Of a DNA stretch of 35,887 nt, positions 26,665 to 34,535 are shown one piece after another. The notes under the pieces were generated by a model. That model did no database searches. It was not told where the DNA came from and worked only from the letters and a program-made list of their open reading frames with translations. How positions within the stretch are numbered: the first letter of the stretch is position 1; each line of letters starts with the position of its first letter. Both the position numbers and the translations under genes were made by a program. Source of the stretch: a virus (taxonomy: Duplodnaviria > Caudoviricetes); IMG/VR virus record IMGVR_UViG_3300010048_000855, positions 1 to 35,887 of that record; one strand, 5' to 3'.

Positions 26665-26683
26665 ACAACTGAAAGGGGAAGGT

Positions 26684-27397
26684 ATGACGCTTATGGCGCA
26701 CACCGGTATGACGGAATTGGTGACCCGCGAACAGCTCGCGGAGATCCTGCCGCCTGAAGGAACCGATACGCACAAACCGATCGCTCACATCAACCTCGTC
26801 ACCTCACTCATCGAGTCTCTTTCCTTCCGGCATATCAACGTCGTGAAGGAGGAGTACGCGGTCTCGAACGATGGCATGAAGCTGTTCGGATGCCTCGACC
26901 TCGAAACGATGGGCGACGGCTTCCGCTTCGCCATCGGACTGCGCAACGCGAACGACAAGTCCATGCGGCTCGGCCTCGTGGTCGGCGTTCGCATCCTCGT
27001 CTGCGACAACATGGCGTTCTCGGGTGATTTCGAGCCTGTGCTCGCCAAGCATTCGAAGCGCTTCAATCTGAACGATGCGCTCGCGATCGGCATGGAGCAG
27101 ATGCAGCGCAACTTCAAGCCAATGGCCGACCAGATCGCAGGATGGCGCCAGGCGCAGCTCTCTGATGGACAAGCAAAGGAGATCATCTACCGCGCATTTA
27201 TCGAAGACCAGCTCGACGCGCCGAAGCATCTCGCAAAGATCGTCCACCACCACTACTTCGAGCCGGAGTATCCCGAGTTCACCGCGCGAACGAAGTTCTC
27301 ACTGCAAAACGCCTTCACGAGCGCCTTCAAGGTTCTCGACCCCATCCCGCAATACAAAGCGACCGCCGATCTCGGCCGGTTCTTCACCCTGAATTGA
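26684..27397 (+). CDS. DUF932/DUF945-family protein
   Basis: THKPIAH...GLRNANDKS...G.RILVCDNMAF...KH; SD-like GAAAGGGG. Confidence 0.85.
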   Translation: MTLMAHTGMTELVTREQLAEILPPEGTDTHKPIAHINLVTSLIESLSFRHINVVKEEYAVSNDGMKLFGCLDLETMGDGFRFAIGLRNANDKSMRLGLVVGVRILVCDNMAFSGDFEPVLAKHSKRFNLNDALAIGMEQMQRNFKPMADQIAGWRQAQLSDGQAKEIIYRAFIEDQLDAPKHLAKIVHHHYFEPEYPEFTARTKFSLQNAFTSAFKVLDPIPQYKATADLGRFFTLN

Positions 27398-27403
27398 GGC
27401 GCC

Positions 27404-27775
27404 ATGATCCCCGAAAAAGACATGCACGACCTCAAATCGCTCTCCCGCGCGGTTCGGGGCGGGACGCTCGACCCCGAACGGCTTGCTGCAAAAGCGTACG
27501 AGATGGGAAGTACGGCCTGTCATCAGGCCATCACCTCATCTCCCGAACCCGAAACTCTCAACCTCGCCGAGCTTGAAAAACGGGCGCTCCTCAAAGCGAT
27601 CGAAGCGACCGGCACCATCAAGGCCGCCGCGAAGCTCTTGGGAATCGGCAAGACGAGTGCGTACCGCAAGATCCGCGATTACGGCCTCACGGTGAAGACC
27701 TCTCAGGCCGTCTGTCCGAATTGCGGCCAAGCACTCAGGCATTTCCCTCCACTCACCACCGCAGCGATCCAGTAG
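27404..27775 (+). CDS. Fis-type HTH (HTH_8) protein with C-terminal CxxC
   Basis: LAELEKRALLKAIEATG.IKAAAKLLGIGKTSAYRKI; CPNC. Confidence 0.85.
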   Translation: MIPEKDMHDLKSLSRAVRGGTLDPERLAAKAYEMGSTACHQAITSSPEPETLNLAELEKRALLKAIEATGTIKAAAKLLGIGKTSAYRKIRDYGLTVKTSQAVCPNCGQALRHFPPLTTAAIQ

Positions 27776-27783
27776 GAGGGCAG

Positions 27784-27993
27784 ATGCCGGAAGAACAACT
27801 CTTCAACCGCCACCATCGCAAGCCGAAGTCACTCGGCGGCACGAAACACCACAAAAACATCTCCTGGCTTCCGATCGAGAAACATCGGGCGTGGCATTTT
27901 CTTTTTCAGAATTGGCCACCGGAACGCATCGCCGAGGAGATCAACCGCGTATACCTTGACCCGTCTTATCGCTTCGTTCTCCGAAGGAGGTGA
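27784..27993 (+). CDS. small HNH-like protein
   Basis: HHRKPKSLGG...NIS...H.AWH; SD GGAGG. Confidence 0.7.
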   Translation: MPEEQLFNRHHRKPKSLGGTKHHKNISWLPIEKHRAWHFLFQNWPPERIAEEINRVYLDPSYRFVLRRR

Positions 27994-27996
27994 TCC

Positions 27997-28182
27997 ATGG
28001 CACATTTCGAACTTTGCGACTTTTGTGCATCAACGGGCGCAATGGACGAAATGACGCCCGTACACATCGAGAAGGACGGCGTGACGTATACCTTCTGGTA
28101 TCACAACACGCTCAAAGACCCTTGCCTCAAGGCGAAACTCGACGAGCTTCGAGATCGGTTCGCAGGACAGAAGGCCGTATGA
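27997..28182 (+). CDS. small putative Zn-binding protein (CDxC...YHN...C), copy 1
   Basis: SD AAGGAGGT; CDFC...WYHNTLKDPC. Confidence 0.7.
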   Translation: MAHFELCDFCASTGAMDEMTPVHIEKDGVTYTFWYHNTLKDPCLKAKLDELRDRFAGQKAV

Positions 28183-28382
28183 AAATTGACGGCATTCTCT
28201 TTTGCGACTGGTGCAACTGCATCATCAAAACCGGCGAGGGCACGACCGTTCGTGTCAAGGCCACGAAGAAGGTCTACGAACTCCACTACCATAATCGTCA
28301 CGAGAACGATTGTGTCGCCAACAAATTCAAACGCGCTCAGATGCTCCATTCTCACGGATCAGAGAACGGCAAAGAGCACTAA
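28179..28382 (+). CDS. small putative Zn-binding protein (CDxC...YHN...C), copy 2
   Basis: ATGA overlap with copy 1; CDWC...HYHNRHENDC. Confidence 0.7.
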   Translation: MKIDGILFCDWCNCIIKTGEGTTVRVKATKKVYELHYHNRHENDCVANKFKRAQMLHSHGSENGKEH

Positions 28383-28383
28383 T

Positions 28384-28410
28384 CCCCGCCCCTCAAAAGG
28401 CGGGGTTTTC
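28384..28410 (+). terminator. intrinsic terminator
   Basis: CCCCGCC-loop-GGCGGGG followed by TTTT. Confidence 0.8.
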
Positions 28411-28522
28411 CTAATTCGGTTTTTAGAGATCAAATTAGCCGGGCTACTGCGTTTGACAGAAGGAAGAATAAAGCAGGAGAATCATCGTTTAATAATCAAA
28501 TTAACTCACGAGGGTCATTGTC

Positions 28523-29113
28523 TTGGGTATCGAACTCCTGCCGCAAGCGATCCGCGACACATACCAGATCGAAGAACGTCATCATGCTTGCGCCATCCTC
28601 CATTCCGATTTCCCGGAACAATGGAACGACCTCATCGCAGTCCTCTCAGACTTCGTCCTTCGTCGTTCACACGTAGAAGCTCGCGGAGGAAATAAATCTC
28701 CCATCGCGCGAGCAATCGACGGTCTCTTTGGCGGCCGCAATTGGATCGAGCATAGTTTCGCCATTTCCGTTACCGCAGATGGCGTTCAGACACTCGCTCC
28801 CACTCATAAGGTTGACTATTACAAGAATCGCATCGCCATCGAAACCGAATGGAACAATAAAGATCCATTCTTTGACCGCGATCTCACGACCTTTCGGCTC
28901 CTTTTCGAATTAAACGTAGTCAGCGTTGGCATCATTATCACTCGCGCCGACGAACTCCAACAGGTGTTCGACGACCTCGGCAAACATACCGCCGCCGGAA
29001 TGTCCACCACGCATATGTCAAAACTCATCCCCAAAATGCGAAACAGGGCATCCGGTGGATGCCCTGTCATTGCATTCGGAATCACGATGCAGAAGTACGA
29101 CGCGAATTCTTAA
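28523..29113 (+). CDS. BglII/BstYI-family restriction endonuclease-like protein
   Basis: GGNKS...THKVDYYK.RIAIETEWNNKDPFFDRDL...R..GGCPV; TTG start. Confidence 0.85.
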   Translation: MGIELLPQAIRDTYQIEERHHACAILHSDFPEQWNDLIAVLSDFVLRRSHVEARGGNKSPIARAIDGLFGGRNWIEHSFAISVTADGVQTLAPTHKVDYYKNRIAIETEWNNKDPFFDRDLTTFRLLFELNVVSVGIIITRADELQQVFDDLGKHTAAGMSTTHMSKLIPKMRNRASGGCPVIAFGITMQKYDANS

Positions 29114-29772
29114 TCGTCTGCTGCAGCCGCTTGAGAATGATTCGCATAGGTAGGCCACGTCGGAGTATAAGTTTCGTCCGCCTGATTTCCCCAGGTCGTC
29201 CAGCCCTTCCGCTCGCCACGCGCAAATAATTCGATGAATGGTCCCCAACTACAAGTCTCAACTAGCTTGTACTGCTCGTCGGGCTTGCGAGAATGTTCCC
29301 GCTTCCGGGTGGCGATGAAGTTTACCTGCGTTCGGCCAGGTTTCAGTGTTCGAACATTCGTCCCACGGACGCCGAAGAGAATCAACTCTGTGACGTTGCG
29401 GAAGTAGAACCCAACACCGCGCCCATCGGGACCCTTGTCCTTTCGGATCTTCTCCCAGACGATATTGCTCTTGTACTCAAATCCCCATGCCTTCATCACC
29501 TCGATACCCTCCGGAAGAAGGGCATTAGGAACCCAAAGGTAGAGATGAGATCGTTCTGCAGCAATGCGAGAAACTGGCATTGCGATGATGTCTCGGAGAT
29601 GGAGCGTTCCGTAACGCGACAGCCGCTTGTGTTCAGGGGCAATCTTTCCCGTGCGGTTTTGGAACTGCCAAGGAGGGTCGCAAAGAATCGTGCCGAATCT
29701 CCGACCGGCGGCAAAACGCAGGAGGTCTTCACCCGGCGCGATGTTCACCACGGCATTCTTTGGCTTTTTCAT
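29110..29772 (-). CDS. MT-A70-family N6-adenine methyltransferase
   Basis: DPPW, LYLWVPN, WGFEYK, GFYFRN.TE, HSRKP, ELFAR, WGNQ. Confidence 0.92.
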   Translation of the reverse strand: MKKPKNAVVNIAPGEDLLRFAAGRRFGTILCDPPWQFQNRTGKIAPEHKRLSRYGTLHLRDIIAMPVSRIAAERSHLYLWVPNALLPEGIEVMKAWGFEYKSNIVWEKIRKDKGPDGRGVGFYFRNVTELILFGVRGTNVRTLKPGRTQVNFIATRKREHSRKPDEQYKLVETCSWGPFIELFARGERKGWTTWGNQADETYTPTWPTYANHSQAAAADD

Positions 29773-29861
29773 TTCCACTTTATCGTCGCACCTTCGCCAC
29801 TCCTTCGCAATTGACGAACTGTGGACAACCGGGGTTGAAATTCCTTGACATTCGGCCATGC

Positions 29862-29960
29862 TTAAAGGGTCGTCAAAATTAAACCAGTCCGATTGAATCG
29901 GGCTTGTCCGAACCAGGACAGGGGTTGAACTGTGACAAATTGGCACACCCCACCCTTTAA
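29862..29960 (+). promoter_or_regulatory. putative structured leader (multi-stem junction) ending at the start codon of the SLT-like gene
   Basis: TTAAAGGGT/ACCCTTTAA closing stem around three hairpins. Confidence 0.4.
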
Positions 29961-30388
29961 TGAAACGTCTCATATGGATTTCCTCGGTTTTTGCCTTTAT
30001 AGCCCCGTTTCTCTCAGTCAGCGCCTCCTATCGCATTGCCGCCCAAAGTCCTTCCCAAACTGAAATTCAGGGCCGGAATTGGGAATATACAGTCCCGTTC
30101 GTAGTCCACAACGTCGCAGACATCGAAAAACTGATCCAATGCGAAAGCCAGGGCGTAAATATATCCCGGCCGGACTCCGACGGCATCTTTTCGGATGGGG
30201 TTTTACAGTTTCATCGTGGTCCGCTCGACACGATGGCAAGCAGTACGTGGGCGTCATTTTCCAAGGCGAGCGGTATCTCCGGAAGCCCTATCAACCCAAG
30301 CGACGCGATCCGGATGGCAGACTGGGCGATTGACCACGACCTCTTGGGGCACTGGACCTGCGCACATATTCTTCATCTGGTCACCTGA
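29960..30388 (+). CDS. secreted lysozyme-like/lytic transglycosylase (SLT-like) protein
   Basis: Signal peptide; IQCESQG (catalytic Glu), GVLQF, TW, NP...W..C. Confidence 0.7.
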   Translation: MKRLIWISSVFAFIAPFLSVSASYRIAAQSPSQTEIQGRNWEYTVPFVVHNVADIEKLIQCESQGVNISRPDSDGIFSDGVLQFHRGPLDTMASSTWASFSKASGISGSPINPSDAIRMADWAIDHDLLGHWTCAHILHLVT

Positions 30389-30502
30389 ACGGGCCTATAC
30401 TCGTATCGCGCCAGTTCTTCTTTGCGGTTGGGAAGCCGCATCGTCCCATGGACGCCAAGCTCACTGGAGAACGGACTGGCCGCTGAAGGCTTCCACAGCA
30501 TA

Positions 30503-30525
30503 TTCGCCTTATCTTCGCCTATACT
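30503..30525 (+). promoter_or_regulatory. TTCGCCT direct repeat (11-bp period) abutting a -10 element; putative repressor operator
   Basis: TTCGCCT at 30503 and 30514; TATACT 30520-30525; ATG at 30533. Confidence 0.5.
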
Positions 30526-30532
30526 ATCCCTC

Positions 30533-30742
30533 ATGGGCGAAATGAAGCGCGCCAACGCCTACGAAGAGCAGCGTCGGACTACCGACCGCTTCGCCTCCAC
30601 CCTTACCATCGCGGCGTCGATCATCGCGGCCATACGGCTCGCGAGAGACGAGAACATAAGCCGGCCCTCCCCCCGCCTCGCAACAGTCATTGCCGATAGC
30701 GTCACCTTGGCGCGTATGATTCTTCAACAGATCCTCAGATGA
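30533..30742 (+). CDS. small hypothetical helical protein
   Basis: MGEMKRANAY...IAASIIAAIRLA; near-leaderless start after TATACT. Confidence 0.65.
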   Translation: MGEMKRANAYEEQRRTTDRFASTLTIAASIIAAIRLARDENISRPSPRLATVIADSVTLARMILQQILR

Positions 30743-30774
30743 TCTCCGATGCCCGCTCCAGGGGGAGGAGTGCA

Positions 30775-31107
30775 ATGGACTGGGATGACGACTATGGGCC
30801 AACAGTCGAAGACGAAATACGTGCGAATGATGAACTGACCCCGAGGCAAAAGGAGTTGCTCATCCAGAAATCGAGGATTGAGTCCTATCGAAACGGTCTG
30901 ATCATCGTGCTCTTAGTGCTTCTTCTAGGCGCTATAGGAGTCATCGTAAAGGGATGGCTTGGCGCCGTTATAGATGGGGTCATCTTTTGGGGAACTGCCA
31001 TCGCATATACCAAGCTTGAGGACAAGAAGAACAGTGTCGAAATCGCTATAGCTGAAGAATTCCGGAAGCCACCGCGCCGGAAAAGAGCAAGCCGCCAGGC
31101 GAATTGA
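30775..31107 (+). CDS. two-TM membrane protein
   Basis: SD GGAGGAG; two hydrophobic helices and a basic tail. Confidence 0.7.
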   Translation: MDWDDDYGPTVEDEIRANDELTPRQKELLIQKSRIESYRNGLIIVLLVLLLGAIGVIVKGWLGAVIDGVIFWGTAIAYTKLEDKKNSVEIAIAEEFRKPPRRKRASRQAN

Positions 31108-31159
31108 GTTTTCCCCAGCCCTCCCCTTGCGCTTTTCCCTCATCATGCTTTCATGAAGA

Positions 31160-31790
31160 TGCCTCAATATCCCGTAATCCTTGCATGCTTTCGCATCGGT
31201 ATCAGCGCTTCTCGCAAGGATTCGGCTGGTACTGAGTCGAAAGCATTTTTTTCACCTGAGAGTGAAGGTGTCCGGGCAGACCCCGGCCCACGCAGGGCAA
31301 CGCTTGAGACTTTGCGACCCTGTAAGGCGGAACGTGGTTCGTTGATGGGGGATCGGCATAAAGCAGGCCTGTTTGAGCAGTTCGACTCTGCTCCCCCACC
31401 AGCGAATCATAGGGTAGTTTGGTAGAGCCACCGCCGACGGAAACGCCGTCATGAACGGCCCCTGAATGACGCAGGAAATGTCCTCCGGCTTCGAGGACAG
31501 AGAAGGGCGACTCGGTTTCCCCGTCCAGCTTCGACCCCTGCGATCCAACGCGAAACGGCAAATCGGCGACGAGACACAGCGAAGGGTGAAATATAAAAGA
31601 GCCGCCATATTCGTGCTTTGCGAGCTGGATGTGAATATCAACCCATCATTGATGGGAGCGCGCATAATAATCATCCAGCTCTCAGAGCGCGAGCCGCCGA
31701 TTTTGAAAACAGACCCCCTCTGTAAAAAGTCGGAGGGCAAATCAGCAGGAAAAAAGGAATTGCGAGTTACCTGCCCATCTCCCCGCATAT
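31160..31790 (+). ncRNA. candidate large structured ncRNA (~630 nt) with pseudoknot and tRNA-like module
   Basis: No credible CDS; more than 10 stems, with G-U pairs favouring the + strand; boundaries approximate. Confidence 0.6.
31347..31401 (+). other. tRNA-like mini-module (acceptor stem + T-arm + ACCA, no standard D/anticodon arms)
   Basis: GGGGG...AGCAG-TTCGACT-CTGCT-CCCCC-A-CCA. Confidence 0.55.
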
Positions 31791-31846
31791 AATTGGCGCA
31801 ACTTCACTTCGCCGTTGGTACAGCAAGCCTGGGAGAGCATGTCGGA

Positions 31847-32590
31847 ATGGAGCCCGAGCCGCAAGATGTGGTGAGCATCAGTACTGTCCTGAGAGGGTGT
31901 AGCCCGGAGACATTGCGGGTTGCCCTCAACTACTTGGCATATACGCTTTTCTTCTGGCTCGTGCCAACAATCATTACACTCGTCATCCTCGTGTTCGCAC
32001 GACAACCGATCAAACTCACCGACCTCATCATTCACGGCGAATTCCTGATCTATTCGATCACGCTCGTCGCTGGCTCTACGCGCCTTCTCACAAAGGATGC
32101 GAAAAAGCTCGGTCCATTCGTGCGGCGGCAGGAATTCAATCTCGCGTCCTACATACTGATCGTTCCCGCAATTGCCGCATATGGAGCTATCAGGTATTGG
32201 GCCACGAGCCCACCAGTGAATGGCCTCAACACGCCGGGCATCGTCAGCTATTCCGTAGTGCTCCTTGCCTTGTCGTTCGGCTTCGCCTTCCTCGTTTTTG
32301 TGATTGACGCCCAAAGAACCGCGCAACTGATGGGAGACCTTCAAAAGCGTGCATCGAAAGCTCTCACGCAGCCGGAAGCCCATCTCGCACGGCAATTCGA
32401 TGCGCTACAGGACACTCCTGCCGCAGTGCCACCACAAGCCACTGCGGCAGCGGCACAGGCCCAGGATCATCCTCCCGTCGTAGCGGTAGAAGAAGAAGCA
32501 GTCACTATCGCCGAGACAATTGAGGAAGAAGAGACGCTCCCCCCACCAGTGCCCCCGCCGGCACACGAGGAGGATGATGATGCCGACTGA
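31847..32590 (+). CDS. four-TM membrane protein with an acidic/Pro-rich C-terminal tail
   Basis: Four hydrophobic segments, GEFLIYS motif; overlaps the DGQHR gene; start could be TTG 31793. Confidence 0.75.
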   Translation: MEPEPQDVVSISTVLRGCSPETLRVALNYLAYTLFFWLVPTIITLVILVFARQPIKLTDLIIHGEFLIYSITLVAGSTRLLTKDAKKLGPFVRRQEFNLASYILIVPAIAAYGAIRYWATSPPVNGLNTPGIVSYSVVLLALSFGFAFLVFVIDAQRTAQLMGDLQKRASKALTQPEAHLARQFDALQDTPAAVPPQATAAAAQAQDHPPVVAVEEEAVTIAETIEEEETLPPPVPPPAHEEDDDAD

Positions 32591-33746
32591 AGACAAGTGG
32601 ATCTCCATCCCGTGCATTGTCGTCCATCAACCGATCGGCCGCTTTTACATCGGAAGCTTTCCAGCTCGGGAACTCGTTGAAATTTCTTTTGCTGACCGCC
32701 GGCGTATCCTTGAACAGCAGCGCGAGATAGAGATCGTCTCGGGTATCCAGCGCGAGATTTCGCCAAAGCGGGTGGCCGAACTACGCCAGTACGTCAACCA
32801 CCTCGACGCGTGCTTCCCGACCGGCATCATCCTCGCGATCAGCAGTGATGATGCTATCTACGACAAGAAAACAGGAACGATGAGCGTCCGCTACGCCTCC
32901 GAGGTTGCCAAGATTATCGACGGTCAGCACCGCATTGAGGGCCTCGTGGGTTACAACGGTCCCAAGTTCGAACTGAACGTGACAATCTTCATCAACATGG
33001 AGATGGAAGACCAAGCGATCGTCTTCTCAACAATCAATCTCAAGCAGGCGCCGGTTGCGAATTCGCTTGCATACGATCTTTACGACTACGCGACGACACG
33101 AAGCCCCCAGAAGACCTGTCACTATGTCGCCCGTTTGCTCAATAGCCGCGAGAAGAGCCCGTTTTATCAGCGCATCATGATCCTTGGCACAGCGACGGGA
33201 AAGCCGAACGAAACGCTCACCCAGGCTGCATTCATCGACCCACTCTTGAAGCTCGTCTCGACGAACCCAATGGACGACCGTGACGCTATCAAGAGAAAGA
33301 TCGAACTACCACTCATTTCGGAAGGTGAGATCCGCACCAAGAAGCTCGTTTTCCGAAATATGTTTATTCAGGATGAAGACGCGAGAATCGCGAAGGTCAT
33401 ATGGAACTACTTTGACGCGGTGCGCGAGCGCTGGCCAGAAGCATGGAACCTTAAGCAGCGAAGCCTCATCTTGAACCGAACCACCGGCTTCCGCGCGTTG
33501 ATGCAGTTCCTTCCATTAATCATTCTTTCGCTCGATTGGATCGGAAAGGTCCCAGACACCAATATGTTTCTGGCGATCTTCAATGAGGTAAAGCTCGACG
33601 ATAAGGACCTGAACACCGAAAGATTTAAGCCGGGAACGAGCGGTCAGTCGGAGCTGCGAAAAGCATTCGAATTCAATACTCGCATTAGCGCAGACTCAGT
33701 CTTTAAAGGCACTGGTAGGCGAGCCCTAGAAAAGAAGCCGTTTTAG
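32580..33746 (+). CDS. DGQHR-domain protein (DndB-like, ParB/Srx-type fold)
   Basis: QPIG.FY, GIQREIS.KR, FPTGIIL, IIDGQHR, F.TINLKQ.PV; SD GAGGAGG. Confidence 0.9.
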   Translation: MPTEDKWISIPCIVVHQPIGRFYIGSFPARELVEISFADRRRILEQQREIEIVSGIQREISPKRVAELRQYVNHLDACFPTGIILAISSDDAIYDKKTGTMSVRYASEVAKIIDGQHRIEGLVGYNGPKFELNVTIFINMEMEDQAIVFSTINLKQAPVANSLAYDLYDYATTRSPQKTCHYVARLLNSREKSPFYQRIMILGTATGKPNETLTQAAFIDPLLKLVSTNPMDDRDAIKRKIELPLISEGEIRTKKLVFRNMFIQDEDARIAKVIWNYFDAVRERWPEAWNLKQRSLILNRTTGFRALMQFLPLIILSLDWIGKVPDTNMFLAIFNEVKLDDKDLNTERFKPGTSGQSELRKAFEFNTRISADSVFKGTGRRALEKKPF

Positions 33747-33784
33747 GCCTCACAGGGGCTTTAGATGGTCGGAGGGCAAGTCGG

Positions 33785-34042
33785 ATGGCAGCAAGACTGG
33801 CAGACCAAATCCGCGCATTCGCCGCAAAGACATATATCGTGAAAGCGCGCAATGCAAAGATGAAGCAGGTGTCCTTCACGTCGGATAGCGTTCATAAAGG
33901 GCTATCGCTAGTGAATCGATACCCAGCTGTTTGTCGCGCCATCGACACTGATTTGTTCAGGGACCAGAACAAGATCACGCTTGCGAACCGCGTCGGACCA
34001 CTTGAAGGGCCGGATGTAACGTGGACTTTTACTCTACTGTAG
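33785..34042 (+). CDS. small putative DNA-binding hypothetical protein
   Basis: LADQIR...VHKGL.L.NRYPAVC.AI pattern; SD GGAGG. Confidence 0.65.
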   Translation: MAARLADQIRAFAAKTYIVKARNAKMKQVSFTSDSVHKGLSLVNRYPAVCRAIDTDLFRDQNKITLANRVGPLEGPDVTWTFTLL

Positions 34043-34061
34043 GCATTCCCATGCTCCTGGA

Positions 34062-34337
34062 TCAGTCCGAAGGAATCTGAATTTTGCCAATGGACAGGAG
34101 CGTCTTGCCGATGTTTTCGTGCAGAATCTCGACGATTTTCGGCCGGGTCTTCTCATCGAGCATAGGAAAGTCGTAAATAATCGAACGACCTTCAAACTTG
34201 CACGAAAATGCTAAGTGTTCGCCTATCGGCGCAAGCACGTTTTCAATGAAGACCTCGTCCGGTCTCGGAACGCGGTCTCCTCTCTTGAAGGGGGAGCCGG
34301 GCTCGGGGATCCATCCTGCCAGGTCAGATACGCGCAC
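34062..34337 (-). CDS. hypothetical protein
   Basis: 91-aa ORF co-oriented with the integrase; upstream GGAAG. Confidence 0.6.
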   Translation of the reverse strand: MRVSDLAGWIPEPGSPFKRGDRVPRPDEVFIENVLAPIGEHLAFSCKFEGRSIIYDFPMLDEKTRPKIVEILHENIGKTLLSIGKIQIPSD

Positions 34338-34343
34338 TGAAGT

Positions 34344-34535
34344 TTACTTCCCTTCGAGGAGTGGGACCATCCCTCCGGGCAAACCTTCGACCTGCTTCCG
34401 GCCGCGGATTCCCGTTCGTTTCGTGTTCGGATCGAAGACAAACTCGACCTCGTTAAACATGCGTGCGAAGATCGCGACAATTGCGACAATCGCGCACAGC
34501 ACCAGCGTCAGGGCGATAAGATCGTCGGTTTTCAT
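34344..34535 (-). CDS. small single-TM membrane protein
   Basis: LIALTLVLCAIVAIVAIFA. Confidence 0.55.
   Translation of the reverse strand: MKTDDLIALTLVLCAIVAIVAIFARMFNEVEFVFDPNTKRTGIRGRKQVEGLPGGMVPLLEGK

Noticed and set aside
31375-31401. tRNA-like 3' end as the second att site of the ssrA integration
   Set aside because: Opposite orientation to the tmRNA and only partial similarity (GTTCGACTC...CCACCA)
31153-31792. ORFs 31153..31425, 31202..31561, 31252..31788 and 31466..31792
   Set aside because: Mutually overlapping, atypical composition, no recognisable motifs; dense base-pairing explains the region better
32580-33746. DNA phosphorothioation (dnd) system
   Set aside because: No dndA/C/D/E or ssp genes in the window
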